Shown: positions 17,533 through 25,474 of the stretch, in pieces | How the letters are laid out: each line of letters starts with the position of its first letter | How positions within the stretch are numbered: position 1 is the stretch's first letter | Source of the DNA: Caulobacteraceae bacterium | GTDB taxonomy: Bacteria; Pseudomonadota; Alphaproteobacteria; Caulobacterales; Caulobacteraceae | Direction of reading: 5' to 3' | Assembly: GCA_035628275.1 (NCBI GenBank) | Contig: DASPKD010000056.1 | Location: forward strand, 1,154 to 65,153 | DNA length: 64,000 nucleotides | Position numbers and translations under genes: made by a program | The notes under the pieces: model-generated | The model's database searches: none | Seen by the model: the letters and a program-made list of their open reading frames with translations, nothing else | Told to the model about the DNA's origin: nothing

Positions 17533-17943
17533 ATGACCTCCTCCGACTCGCCCGTCTACGAAGCCGTCACCCAGGGCGTGGCCGTGCGCGTGGTGGTCAG
17601 TTTCCTGCCGCAGCAGTCGGACCCGCCGAACCGCTGGTTCTGGGCCTACATGGTCGAGATCGAGAACCTGGGGGAGCGCACGGTCCAGCTCGTCTCCCGC
17701 CGCTGGACCATCACCGACGCGCTGGGCCGCTCCGAGGAGGTGCAGGGCCTGGGCGTGGTCGGCGAGCAGCCGATCCTGCGCCCCGGCGAGAAGCACCAGT
17801 ACACCTCCGGCTGCCCGCTCCCCACGCCCTCCGGAGCCATGGCCGGCAGCTACCGCATGCTGGTCGACGGCGGCGAGCCCTTCGACGCGGAGATCCCGGC
17901 CTTCTCGCTCGAACTTCCGGGCGCGCGCGCGGTGCTGAACTGA
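17533..17943 (+). CDS. apaG: ApaG (DUF525) protein
   Basis: Translation GVAVRVVVSFLPQQSDPPNRWFWAYMVEIENLGERTVQLVSRRWTITDALGRSEEVQGLGVVGEQPILRPGEKHQYTSGCPLPTPSGAMAGSY is the canonical ApaG pattern. 136 aa. Confidence 0.85.
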   Translation: MTSSDSPVYEAVTQGVAVRVVVSFLPQQSDPPNRWFWAYMVEIENLGERTVQLVSRRWTITDALGRSEEVQGLGVVGEQPILRPGEKHQYTSGCPLPTPSGAMAGSYRMLVDGGEPFDAEIPAFSLELPGARAVLN

Positions 17944-18061
17944 AAGCGGCTCGAACGAAATCGTGGAGCTCTGGCGGCGGCTGTGAGTAAAGTCGCGCAC
18001 GCCGGAAACGGCGGGGCCGGTCCGGCCGTTTCGCAGATGTGAGCCTCCCGACACGCCGCGC

Positions 18062-20185
18062 ATGACCGACGACTCCTCCGGACCGCCGCCGCCCGTGCGC
18101 GGAGAGCGGCCGCCGCCCTTCTCGCACCACCCGCCGATCCCGCCGGAGAAGCGGCTGCGCGCGGCCGCGACCCTGATCGCGGTGGTGCTGGTCACCTTGT
18201 TCCTGTGGCTGAGCTGGGCCCTGCCGGTGTCGCGGGCGCTGGAGCCGCTGCGCGACCCGACGCTGGTGTTCGTCGACGTAGACGGCAAGCCGTTCGCCAG
18301 GCGCGGGTTCCAGAAGGCCGAGCCGGTGGACGTGAGGAAGCTGCCCGACCACGTGGCCGAGGCGGTGATCGCCATCGAGGACCGGCGCTTCTATCGCCAC
18401 CCCGGCATCGACGGGCGGGCGATCGTGCGGGCGCTGCGGGCCAACTCCGAGGCCGGGGGCGTGGTGCAGGGCGGGTCGACCATCACCCAGCAGCTGGCCA
18501 AGAACTCGTTTTTGGGGCCCGAGCGCAGCTTCAAGCGCAAGTTCCAAGAGGCGCTGATCTCGCTGTGGATCGAGGTGCGGCTCAGCAAGGAGCAGATCCT
18601 CTCGCGTTACCTGTCCAGCGTCTATTTCGGCGACGGCATGTACGGCATCCGGGCGGCGTCGCGGCACTACTTCGACAAGGAGCCAGAGCACCTGACCGTG
18701 GGCGAGTCGGCCATGCTGGCCGGGCTGATCAAGGCGCCCTCGCGCCTCAACCCCAGCCGCAACCTGAAGGCCTCCCGCGAGCGGGCCCGGGTGGTGCTGG
18801 CCGAGATGGTGCGCAACGACTTCATCACCCAGGCGGAGGCCAAGAAGGCGGCCCTGCCGCGCTCCCGGGCCCGCGACCGGCTGCCGGTCGGCAACTACTT
18901 CGTCGACTGGATATTCGACGAAGCCGAGGCTTCCCATGACGCCCGCTACGGCGAGGTGGAGGTGCGCACCACCGTCGACGGGCGGCTGCAGCGCAAGGCC
19001 GAGCAGGTGATCCGCACCACCCTCGCCCGGCGGGGCGGGCGGCTGAACGCGACGCAGGCGGCGCTGGTGTCGATGCGCTGCGACGGCAGCGTGGTGGCCA
19101 TGGTCGGGGGCAAGGACTATCGCCAGAACCAGTACAACCGCGCCACCCAGGCGCGGCGCCAGCCGGGCTCGGCGTTCAAGCTGTTCGTCTACCTGGCCGC
19201 GTTCCGGGCCGGCGAGAGCCCCTACTCGGTGATCGACGGATCGCCGCTGATGGTCGCCAACTGGACGCCGCGCAACTACGAGGGCGGCTATCACGGCCCG
19301 ACCCCTATCCGCGACGCCTTCGCCCGCTCCAGCAACGTTGCGGCGGTGCGGCTGCAGGAGGGCGTGGGCCGCCGCAACGTGATCCGCGCCGCCCGCGATC
19401 TCGGCATCCGAACGCCGCTGGAGCCGACCCCCAGCCTGGCGCTGGGATCCTATGAGACCACCCTGCTGCAGCTGACCTCGGCCTACGCCGGCGTGCGGTC
19501 GGGCACCTATCCGGTGGAGCCGACCGGCCTGGCCGGCCGCGACGGCGCGGCGCGGCGGCCGTGGTGGGAGTTCCCCAAGCGCCTGGACGCCCGGCGCGAG
19601 CGCGGGCCGCTGCTGGAGGTCATGCGGGCGGTCGTCGCCGAGGGGACCGGCCGGGCCGCGTCGCTGGGCGACATCCCGGCGTTCGGCAAGACCGGCACCA
19701 CCCAGGACTACCGCGACGCCCTGTTCATCGGCTTCGCCGGCGACCTGGTCACCGGCGTGTGGGTCGGCAACGACGACCAGAGCTCGATGCGCGGGGTGAC
19801 CGGCGGCAGCCTGCCGGCCGAGATCTGGCGCGAGTACATGAAGACGGCCATGGCCCAGCCGCGTTACCGTTCGGGCCGCGGCTGCGCGCCGCTGGACGTG
19901 CCGCGCCCGGCCGAGACCGTGCCGCTGGACCAGCTGCCGCCCCTGCCCTTGCCGGAGGACGTCTACGCTCAGTACCCGCCGGTGCTGGACCCCTACGGCC
20001 TGCCGCCGGAGCTGCCGACGGTGGAGGGCGATCCGGAACCGGCGTTCCCGGGGGAGGCTCCGCCAGCGCCGGCGCAAGGACCCGACCCGGTGGTGATCCT
20101 GCCGCCCGACGACCGCCTGCCCCCCCCGACCGACGAACCCGGCGAGGCGGAGAACGACGAGGACGACGACGCGCCGTCGGGGTAG
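18062..20185 (+). CDS. Class A penicillin-binding protein (glycosyltransferase GT51 + transpeptidase)
   Basis: GT51 motifs EDRRFYRHPGID, GGSTITQQLAKN and KRKFQE. Transpeptidase motifs SAFK, SSN and KTGT. N-terminal TM anchor. Pro/Asp/Glu-rich C-terminal tail. Confidence 0.85.
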   Translation: MTDDSSGPPPPVRGERPPPFSHHPPIPPEKRLRAAATLIAVVLVTLFLWLSWALPVSRALEPLRDPTLVFVDVDGKPFARRGFQKAEPVDVRKLPDHVAEAVIAIEDRRFYRHPGIDGRAIVRALRANSEAGGVVQGGSTITQQLAKNSFLGPERSFKRKFQEALISLWIEVRLSKEQILSRYLSSVYFGDGMYGIRAASRHYFDKEPEHLTVGESAMLAGLIKAPSRLNPSRNLKASRERARVVLAEMVRNDFITQAEAKKAALPRSRARDRLPVGNYFVDWIFDEAEASHDARYGEVEVRTTVDGRLQRKAEQVIRTTLARRGGRLNATQAALVSMRCDGSVVAMVGGKDYRQNQYNRATQARRQPGSAFKLFVYLAAFRAGESPYSVIDGSPLMVANWTPRNYEGGYHGPTPIRDAFARSSNVAAVRLQEGVGRRNVIRAARDLGIRTPLEPTPSLALGSYETTLLQLTSAYAGVRSGTYPVEPTGLAGRDGAARRPWWEFPKRLDARRERGPLLEVMRAVVAEGTGRAASLGDIPAFGKTGTTQDYRDALFIGFAGDLVTGVWVGNDDQSSMRGVTGGSLPAEIWREYMKTAMAQPRYRSGRGCAPLDVPRPAETVPLDQLPPLPLPEDVYAQYPPVLDPYGLPPELPTVEGDPEPAFPGEAPPAPAQGPDPVVILPPDDRLPPPTDEPGEAENDEDDDAPSG

Positions 20186-20263
20186 CGACGGTCCGCCGCT
20201 CGTCGCCCTGAACCGGTTCCCGTCATCGGGCGTTCAGGGTCGGGGGCGTAGACGAGAGGGGTC

Positions 20264-21439
20264 ATGAGCGACGCGTACCCTCCCAACGGGCGACCCAACT
20301 CGGTGCCGCCCGACCTCGAAGAAGACGAGCTGCCGATCCATCGGGGCGAGCCGCCGCGGTTCCGGCGCAACCTCTTCGCCGCCCTGGGCCTGGGCGTGAT
20401 CGCCCTGGCCGCGGGCGCCTATGCGGTGCATTCCCTGTGGGATCGTGCGCCTCGCCAGAGCACGATCACGGCCGAGCGGAAGGCGCCCGATCTGCCGGCC
20501 GGCGCAGAGGCGGTCGGCTGGTCGCCGCCGGACCAGGGGCAGGTGCGGCGCGCCTACGCCGACGCGGTGCGGGTTTACGCGGCCGAGGGCCTCTCCGGTC
20601 TCGCCCGGCAGGGACAGACCTGCTTCTCCACCCTGAACAGCGCGCCCAGCTATGCGACGCTGGACTATTGCCTGGCGCTGGACGCGATCGGCGCGGAGGT
20701 GCAGCGGCGGCTGTCGGCCGGCGCCGCGCCCGACCCGCAGAGCTGGTTCGGCCAGGCCGACGTGCGGGGCCTGAACGCCGCGCGGGTGGTGCTGGCGGGC
20801 CAGAGCGACGCCAGCGCGCGGCTGATCGACGTGCGCCGCATGGCCCAGGGCCTGGTGCGCGAGGCCGACGCCCGCACCCGCGCCGCTGCGGCTCCTCCGG
20901 TCGTTCCCGCCCCGACCACGCCCGTCGTGCAACCGGCGGTTCCCGCCCCGGCCGAGCCCGCGCCGACGGTGGTCGCCGAGGCGCCTCGGCCCGCGGTCAA
21001 GGTCGTCCCGCCGGCCCAGAAGGCCGCGCCCCGTCCGACGGTGACCGCCCAGGCGCCCGCTCCGAAGGCTCCCGCCGTCAAGACGCCGCCCGCCCCCCGC
21101 CCGACCGTGGTGGCCAAGGCGCCGGTCCAGAAGGCGCCCGCGCCCAAGGCCGCCCCGCCGCCGGTGCGCGAGGCGTCTGTCCGCCCGTCGTTCAATTGCC
21201 GCTACGCGCGGAGCGTGTCGGAACGGATGGTGTGTTCAAACTCAAGGCTGGCCGACGCCGACCAGCGGCTGGACTCGGTGTTCCGGCGGGCGATGGCGCG
21301 GGCGGACGATCCCGCTGCGCTGCGCCGCCAGCAGGACCGCTGGCTGGCCGCGCGCGAACGCGCCGCCCGGCTCGACGGCGAGCAGGGCGTGCTGCAGATC
21401 TACGAACTCAGGATCGACGAGCTGCGCGAGGAGTACTGA
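20264..21439 (+). CDS. Membrane-anchored Pro/Ala-rich protein with C-terminal LprI-like (DUF1311) domain
   Basis: TM helix LFAALGLGVIALAAGAYAV. Long low-complexity P/A/K/V linker. C-terminal FNCRYARSVSERMVCSNSRLADADQRLDSVFRRAM...QQDRWLAARE resembles the lysozyme-inhibitor LprI N-terminal domain pattern. Confidence 0.6.
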   Translation: MSDAYPPNGRPNSVPPDLEEDELPIHRGEPPRFRRNLFAALGLGVIALAAGAYAVHSLWDRAPRQSTITAERKAPDLPAGAEAVGWSPPDQGQVRRAYADAVRVYAAEGLSGLARQGQTCFSTLNSAPSYATLDYCLALDAIGAEVQRRLSAGAAPDPQSWFGQADVRGLNAARVVLAGQSDASARLIDVRRMAQGLVREADARTRAAAAPPVVPAPTTPVVQPAVPAPAEPAPTVVAEAPRPAVKVVPPAQKAAPRPTVTAQAPAPKAPAVKTPPAPRPTVVAKAPVQKAPAPKAAPPPVREASVRPSFNCRYARSVSERMVCSNSRLADADQRLDSVFRRAMARADDPAALRRQQDRWLAARERAARLDGEQGVLQIYELRIDELREEY

Positions 21440-21442
21440 GCG

Positions 21443-21532
21443 TCAGCCCATCAGCATGGGAACCAGCGGCGCGGCGGCCGCGACCGCCCATACCGCGGCG
21501 ATGAACACCAGTTGCTTCGTCTTGCTCGTCAT
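21443..21532 (-). CDS. Candidate 29-aa hydrophobic micro-protein
   Basis: ATG 21532 to TGA 21443 encodes MTSKTKQLVFIAAVWAVAAAAPLVPMLMG (Lys-rich N-terminus plus one TM-length helix). 26 of 29 codons end in G or C, like real genes here. A purine-rich GGGGGCGA lies 6-13 nt upstream. Too short to appear in the ORF track. Confidence 0.3.
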   Translation of the reverse strand: MTSKTKQLVFIAAVWAVAAAAPLVPMLMG

Positions 21533-21644
21533 CTCGGTCGCCCCCGTGGCCGGACGGACGCAAAGATGACTCAATCCTTAAGCTGTGCAAGCGGGCGCCG
21601 CCTGTCGCGCGAAAACGTCGCAGTATCGCGCCCTGCCCGCCCCG

Positions 21645-23081
21645 TCAGCCGAGCAGGATCCGCTCGCCCTCGGTCCTGTGCTGCACGCCGACAGCGGTGA
21701 ACAGGCGCTGCAGGAAAGCCCGGGGATCGTCTACGCCGTTCTCGACGAAGGCGCGCACCTCGGCGGTCAACGCCGGGTCGCCGGTCGCCTCGGCGAAAGC
21801 CGCCAGCCATTCCTCCGACTCCACGACTCCGTCGGACCGGTTCCGCTCGATCAGCCCGCGCCAGAAGACGGCGGCGTCGGCGGACGGGTCGCCGCGGCGC
21901 AGGCCCGCCTCGGCGGCGAGCAGCAGCAGGGCGCCGCAGGCGTAGGAGGCGCGGTGCTCGCTGCGCTCGGCGGCGCCGGCCAGGGCCTCGCCCGGACCGG
22001 TCAGCGCCAGGCACTCGTCCACCGAGGCCTGCAGCCTGGCCTTGGCGCCGAAGGCGGGCTCGATCGCCTGGATCGCGCGCACGGCCAGCAGGTCGGCGCC
22101 GCCTTCGGTTATCCACGCGTCGGCGGCGCGGCCGGTGCGGACCTCTTGCCCTGCCCAGAAGTGCGCCGCCTCATGGCCCACGAACCAGCGCATCAGGTCG
22201 ACCAACGCCGGCAGCGGCCGGGTCGCCTGTGCGCCGCGCATGTTCAGCACGATCAGCCCGGACAGAGCCCCGCCGTTGAACGAGACGCCAGGCGTCTCCG
22301 CCCCGCCCCAGCCGGCGTAGACGGTGGGCCGTCCGCCCGTGCGCGGACCCAGCCGCCGCGCGTGCTCGGCCAGCAGCAGCGGACCCAGGCGGTCGATCTC
22401 GGCGCGCAGCCACGGCGGCAGGCCCGGGTCGGCGACCACCGCTATGACCTCGGTCTCGGTCAGGGGCGTGCGGCCGACGTAGACGTAGCGGTCGCGGCTG
22501 AAGTCGGTCTCCACCCGGCCCTGGAACACCCGCCCGTCCAGCAGCATCGGCTCGCGGCTCCGGATCGTGAACCGGCCGGGCGCGTCCTCCAGCGCCGCCA
22601 CGTTCAGGTCGGACGGCAGCGTCTCGGCCTGCGCCGCGCTCACCAGCGGCGCCACCGCATACTGGCCGACGAAGTGCGCCCGGCCGCCGTCGGTGAAGTG
22701 CAGCACCGGCACGTAGTCGGCCCTGAGCGGCTCGCCGAACGGCTTGATCCGAACCCGCACGCGAGTCAGCGGCCGCCCGCCCGCGGTCAGGACGTCGTGG
22801 GCGCCGCGCCGCTCCAGCCGTACGCCGCGCGTCTCGACCGTCCACGATCGCGGCCGCCAGGGGAGATTCTCCTCCTCGGTCGTGGCCGAGCGGCGGAACA
22901 CCCAGGCGGGGGCGGGACGGCGGAACCGGTAATCGGCGATCCACTCGCCGTCTCCGGCCGGGCGCAGGGTCACCTCGACCGAGGGCTCAGGGGGCGGCGC
23001 GGAGGCTTCGGCTGGCGAGACGGCGAAGACGCAGACGAGCAGGGCGGTCAGGGCGGCGGCGGCGCGGGCGAAGCAGGGCAT
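21645..23081 (-). CDS. Secreted zinc metallopeptidase, gluzincin (M1-like) active site
   Basis: Signal peptide MPCFARAAAALTALLVCVFAVSPAEA. HEAAH followed 18 residues later by E (HEAAHFWAGQEVRTGRAADAWITEGG), i.e. the HEXXH-X18-E signature. I could not find a clear GXMEN exopeptidase motif. Confidence 0.6.
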   Translation of the reverse strand: MPCFARAAAALTALLVCVFAVSPAEASAPPPEPSVEVTLRPAGDGEWIADYRFRRPAPAWVFRRSATTEEENLPWRPRSWTVETRGVRLERRGAHDVLTAGGRPLTRVRVRIKPFGEPLRADYVPVLHFTDGGRAHFVGQYAVAPLVSAAQAETLPSDLNVAALEDAPGRFTIRSREPMLLDGRVFQGRVETDFSRDRYVYVGRTPLTETEVIAVVADPGLPPWLRAEIDRLGPLLLAEHARRLGPRTGGRPTVYAGWGGAETPGVSFNGGALSGLIVLNMRGAQATRPLPALVDLMRWFVGHEAAHFWAGQEVRTGRAADAWITEGGADLLAVRAIQAIEPAFGAKARLQASVDECLALTGPGEALAGAAERSEHRASYACGALLLLAAEAGLRRGDPSADAAVFWRGLIERNRSDGVVESEEWLAAFAEATGDPALTAEVRAFVENGVDDPRAFLQRLFTAVGVQHRTEGERILLG

Positions 23082-23112
23082 GAACCGGCTTTAGGGCGCC
23101 GTCCCCGCGGCG

Positions 23113-24999
23113 TCAGCTTAAGCTTTCGACAGCCTGTGGCGCGGGGCGGCCGTCGGTCTCGAACTGCAGTTCCGCCAGGCGGGCGTAGAGCCCGTCGCGG
23201 GCGACAAGGTCGGCGTGGGTCCCCTGTTCGACCACCCGTCCCTGGTCGATCACCACGATCCGGTCGGCCCGCAGCACCGTGGCCAGACGGTGGGCGATGA
23301 CCAGGGTGGTGCGGCCCTTCACCGCCTCCTCCAAGGCCTGCTGAACCAGCCGCTCGTTCTCCGCGTCCAGCGCGCTGGTGGCCTCGTCCAGCAGCAGCAC
23401 CGGCGCGTCGCGCAGCAGCGCCCGGGCGATGGCGAGCCGCTGGCGCTGACCGCCCGACAGGGAGCGCGCCCGCTCGCCCAGCGGCGTGGCGAACCCCTCG
23501 GGCAGGGCGTCGACGAAGCCCCGCGCCTGGGCGGCCTCGGCGGCGCGCACGGCCTCGACCTCGTCGGCCTCCTCACGGCCGAAGCGGATGTTGTCGAGCG
23601 CCGAGCCGGAGAACAGCGGCGCCTCCTGGGCGACCAGCGCCAGGCGGGCGCGGACCTCGCGCGGGTCGGCGTCTCTCAGGTCGATGCCGTCCATGGTCAC
23701 CCGTCCCGACTGCGGGTCGTAGAACCGCAGCAACAGGCGGAACACCGTGCTCTTGCCGGCCCCCGACGGGCCGACCAGGGCCACCGTCTCTCCCTCCTCG
23801 ACCCTGAGGTCGAAGCCGCGCAGCGCCGGCAGGTCGGGGCGGCCGGGATAGGCGAAGGTGACGTTCTCGAACGCGACCTCGCCCTTGGGGAAGGGCATGG
23901 GCTTCGGGTCAGCGGGCGCTGCGATCACCGGCCGCTCGCGCAGCAGCTCGTCGATCCTCTGCATGGCGCCGGCCGCCTTCTGCACGTCGCCCCAGGTCTC
24001 GCCCAGCGCCCCGACCGATCCGGCCGCCAGCAGGGCCAGGAACACGAACTGCACCAGGGCGCCGGGCGTCATCGCCCCGGCCTGCACGTCGCGCGCGCCC
24101 AGCCACAGCACCACCGTCACCCCGCCGAAGGTCAGGCCGATCACCAGCGCGGTCAGCACCGCGCGCGCCCGCACCCGCGTCAGCGAGGCGGCGAAGGCGG
24201 TCTCCACCGCCTCGCGGAAACGCCGCGTGGCGCTCTGCTCGCGTCCGAACGCCTGCACCGTCTCCAGCGCGTCCAGGCTCTCGCCGGCTAGGCCCACCGC
24301 CTGGGCGAAGCGGTCCTGGGTGGTCACGGTCAGCTTGCGCACCTGCCGGCCGAACACGAACAGCGGCAGGATCAGCAGCGGGAACATCAGCACCACCATG
24401 CCGGTCAGGCGGGGGCTGACCACCGTCAGCAGCACCAGCGAACCGGCCAGCGCCAGGATGTTGCGCAGTGCCACCGAGATCGAGGTGCTGACCAGGGTGT
24501 CGATCAGCTGGATGTCGGCGGTCAGGCGCGACAGCACCTCGCCGGTCCGCATCTTCAGGAAGAACGAGGGATCGAGCGTCAGCACGTGGGCGTAGAGCGT
24601 CTGGCGCACGTCGGCCACCACCCGCTCGCCCAGCTTGGTGACGTAGAAGTAGCGAAGCGCCGTGGCGATGGCCAAGGCGACCGCCACCGAACCCAGCAGC
24701 AGGAACCAGCGGTCCAGCGCCTCGCCCCCTCCGGCGCTGACGGTGGTGAACCCATGGTCGACCAGCAGCCGCGCCGCCCCGGTGAGACCCAGGGTCGCGC
24801 CGGTGGAGATCAGCAGGAACACCGCCGCCAGCAGGGCGTCGCCCTTGTGCCGCAGCAGATAAGGGACCAGCCGCGCCAGCGGGCGGACGTCGCGCGCCTT
24901 GGGCCGGCGCGCGGCGGCGTCGGCCATTTCGCGGACCAGCACCGCGCCCGTGCTCGGACGGCCGTCGGCGGCGGCGGAGGCGGGGTCCTCGGAACTCAT
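23113..24999 (-). CDS. ABC exporter, fused transmembrane and ATP-binding domains (MsbA/Atm1-like half transporter)
   Basis: Six-helix ABC membrane domain. Walker A GPSGAGKST, signature LSGGQRQR, Walker B LLLDEATSALD. Start taken at ATG 24999 (MSSEDPASAAADG...). Confidence 0.85.
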   Translation of the reverse strand: MSSEDPASAAADGRPSTGAVLVREMADAAARRPKARDVRPLARLVPYLLRHKGDALLAAVFLLISTGATLGLTGAARLLVDHGFTTVSAGGGEALDRWFLLLGSVAVALAIATALRYFYVTKLGERVVADVRQTLYAHVLTLDPSFFLKMRTGEVLSRLTADIQLIDTLVSTSISVALRNILALAGSLVLLTVVSPRLTGMVVLMFPLLILPLFVFGRQVRKLTVTTQDRFAQAVGLAGESLDALETVQAFGREQSATRRFREAVETAFAASLTRVRARAVLTALVIGLTFGGVTVVLWLGARDVQAGAMTPGALVQFVFLALLAAGSVGALGETWGDVQKAAGAMQRIDELLRERPVIAAPADPKPMPFPKGEVAFENVTFAYPGRPDLPALRGFDLRVEEGETVALVGPSGAGKSTVFRLLLRFYDPQSGRVTMDGIDLRDADPREVRARLALVAQEAPLFSGSALDNIRFGREEADEVEAVRAAEAAQARGFVDALPEGFATPLGERARSLSGGQRQRLAIARALLRDAPVLLLDEATSALDAENERLVQQALEEAVKGRTTLVIAHRLATVLRADRIVVIDQGRVVEQGTHADLVARDGLYARLAELQFETDGRPAPQAVESLS

Positions 25000-25007
25000 C
25001 GGGCCTC

Positions 25008-25037
25008 TTGATTCTCTACGCGCCGGAAGTGTATAGA
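25008..25037 (+). promoter_or_regulatory. Sigma-70-like promoter candidate for rpmE
   Basis: TTGATT (25008-25013), 18-nt spacer, TATAGA (25032-25037), about 70 nt upstream of the rpmE ATG. Confidence 0.3.
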
Positions 25038-25045
25038 CCCGCGCT

Positions 25046-25078
25046 CCCGCCGGGACCGCCGGCGGGTTTTCCGTTTTT
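25046..25078 (+). promoter_or_regulatory. Terminator-like hairpin plus U tract in the rpmE 5' leader
   Basis: 8-bp GC stem CCCGCCGG (25046-25053) / CCGGCGGG (25059-25066) with a 5-nt loop, followed by TTTTCCGTTTTT. There is no upstream + strand gene to terminate, and it lies 27 nt before the rpmE ATG. Confidence 0.45.
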
Positions 25079-25105
25079 GCGACCTTACTTGTCCGGACCC
25101 GAGCG

Positions 25106-25330
25106 ATGAAACAGGACATCCATCCCGACTACCACTTCATCACCGTGGTCATGACCGACGGGACGACCTACCAAACCCGCTCGACCTACGGCAAGGAAGG
25201 CGCGACCCTGAACCTGGATATCGATCCGAATACGCACCCAGCCTGGACCGGCGGCAACCAGACCCTGCTGGACCGCGGCGGCCGCGTGTCGCGCTTCGCG
25301 GCCAAGTACGGCGGCTTCCTGAAGAAGTGA
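25106..25330 (+). CDS. rpmE: 50S ribosomal protein L31
   Basis: [50 protein letters not shown]...RFAAKYGGF is the canonical L31 sequence pattern. There are no CxxC pairs, so this is the non-zinc form. Confidence 0.95.
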   Translation: MKQDIHPDYHFITVVMTDGTTYQTRSTYGKEGATLNLDIDPNTHPAWTGGNQTLLDRGGRVSRFAAKYGGFLKK

Positions 25331-25355
25331 GGCGCGCCTGCAACGGCGAGCCTGC

Positions 25356-25390
25356 AAGCGCCGGTCCCGCAAGGGCCGGCGCTTTTGCTT
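25356..25390 (+). terminator. Rho-independent terminator after rpmE
   Basis: 12-bp stem (25356-25368 / 25373-25384, one bulged T) closed by a GCAA tetraloop, followed by TTTTGCTT. Confidence 0.65.
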
Positions 25391-25474
25391 ATGCGCGCTC
25401 CGCCCTATCCTGAACGGAACGGGGGCGTCTCGCCGGTCACACGGCCGCCTCAGACTCATGGTTTCGGATCGGGC

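Noticed and set aside
17711-20077. 788-aa minus-strand ORF opposite the class A PBP gene
   Set aside because: This is an antisense GC artefact. The PBP frame carries all the GT51 and transpeptidase motifs.
20210-20234. Alphaproteobacterial SOS box (GTTC-N7-GTTC) near the GAACCGGTTC palindrome
   Set aside because: The two GTTC elements are 12 nt apart, not 7, and no DNA-repair gene is downstream.
20880-21180. Apparent repetitive DNA in the LprI-like gene
   Set aside because: It encodes an in-frame low-complexity Pro/Ala/Lys/Val linker (APRPTV-like units). The repeats are degenerate at the DNA level, so this is not a tandem repeat or CRISPR-like array.
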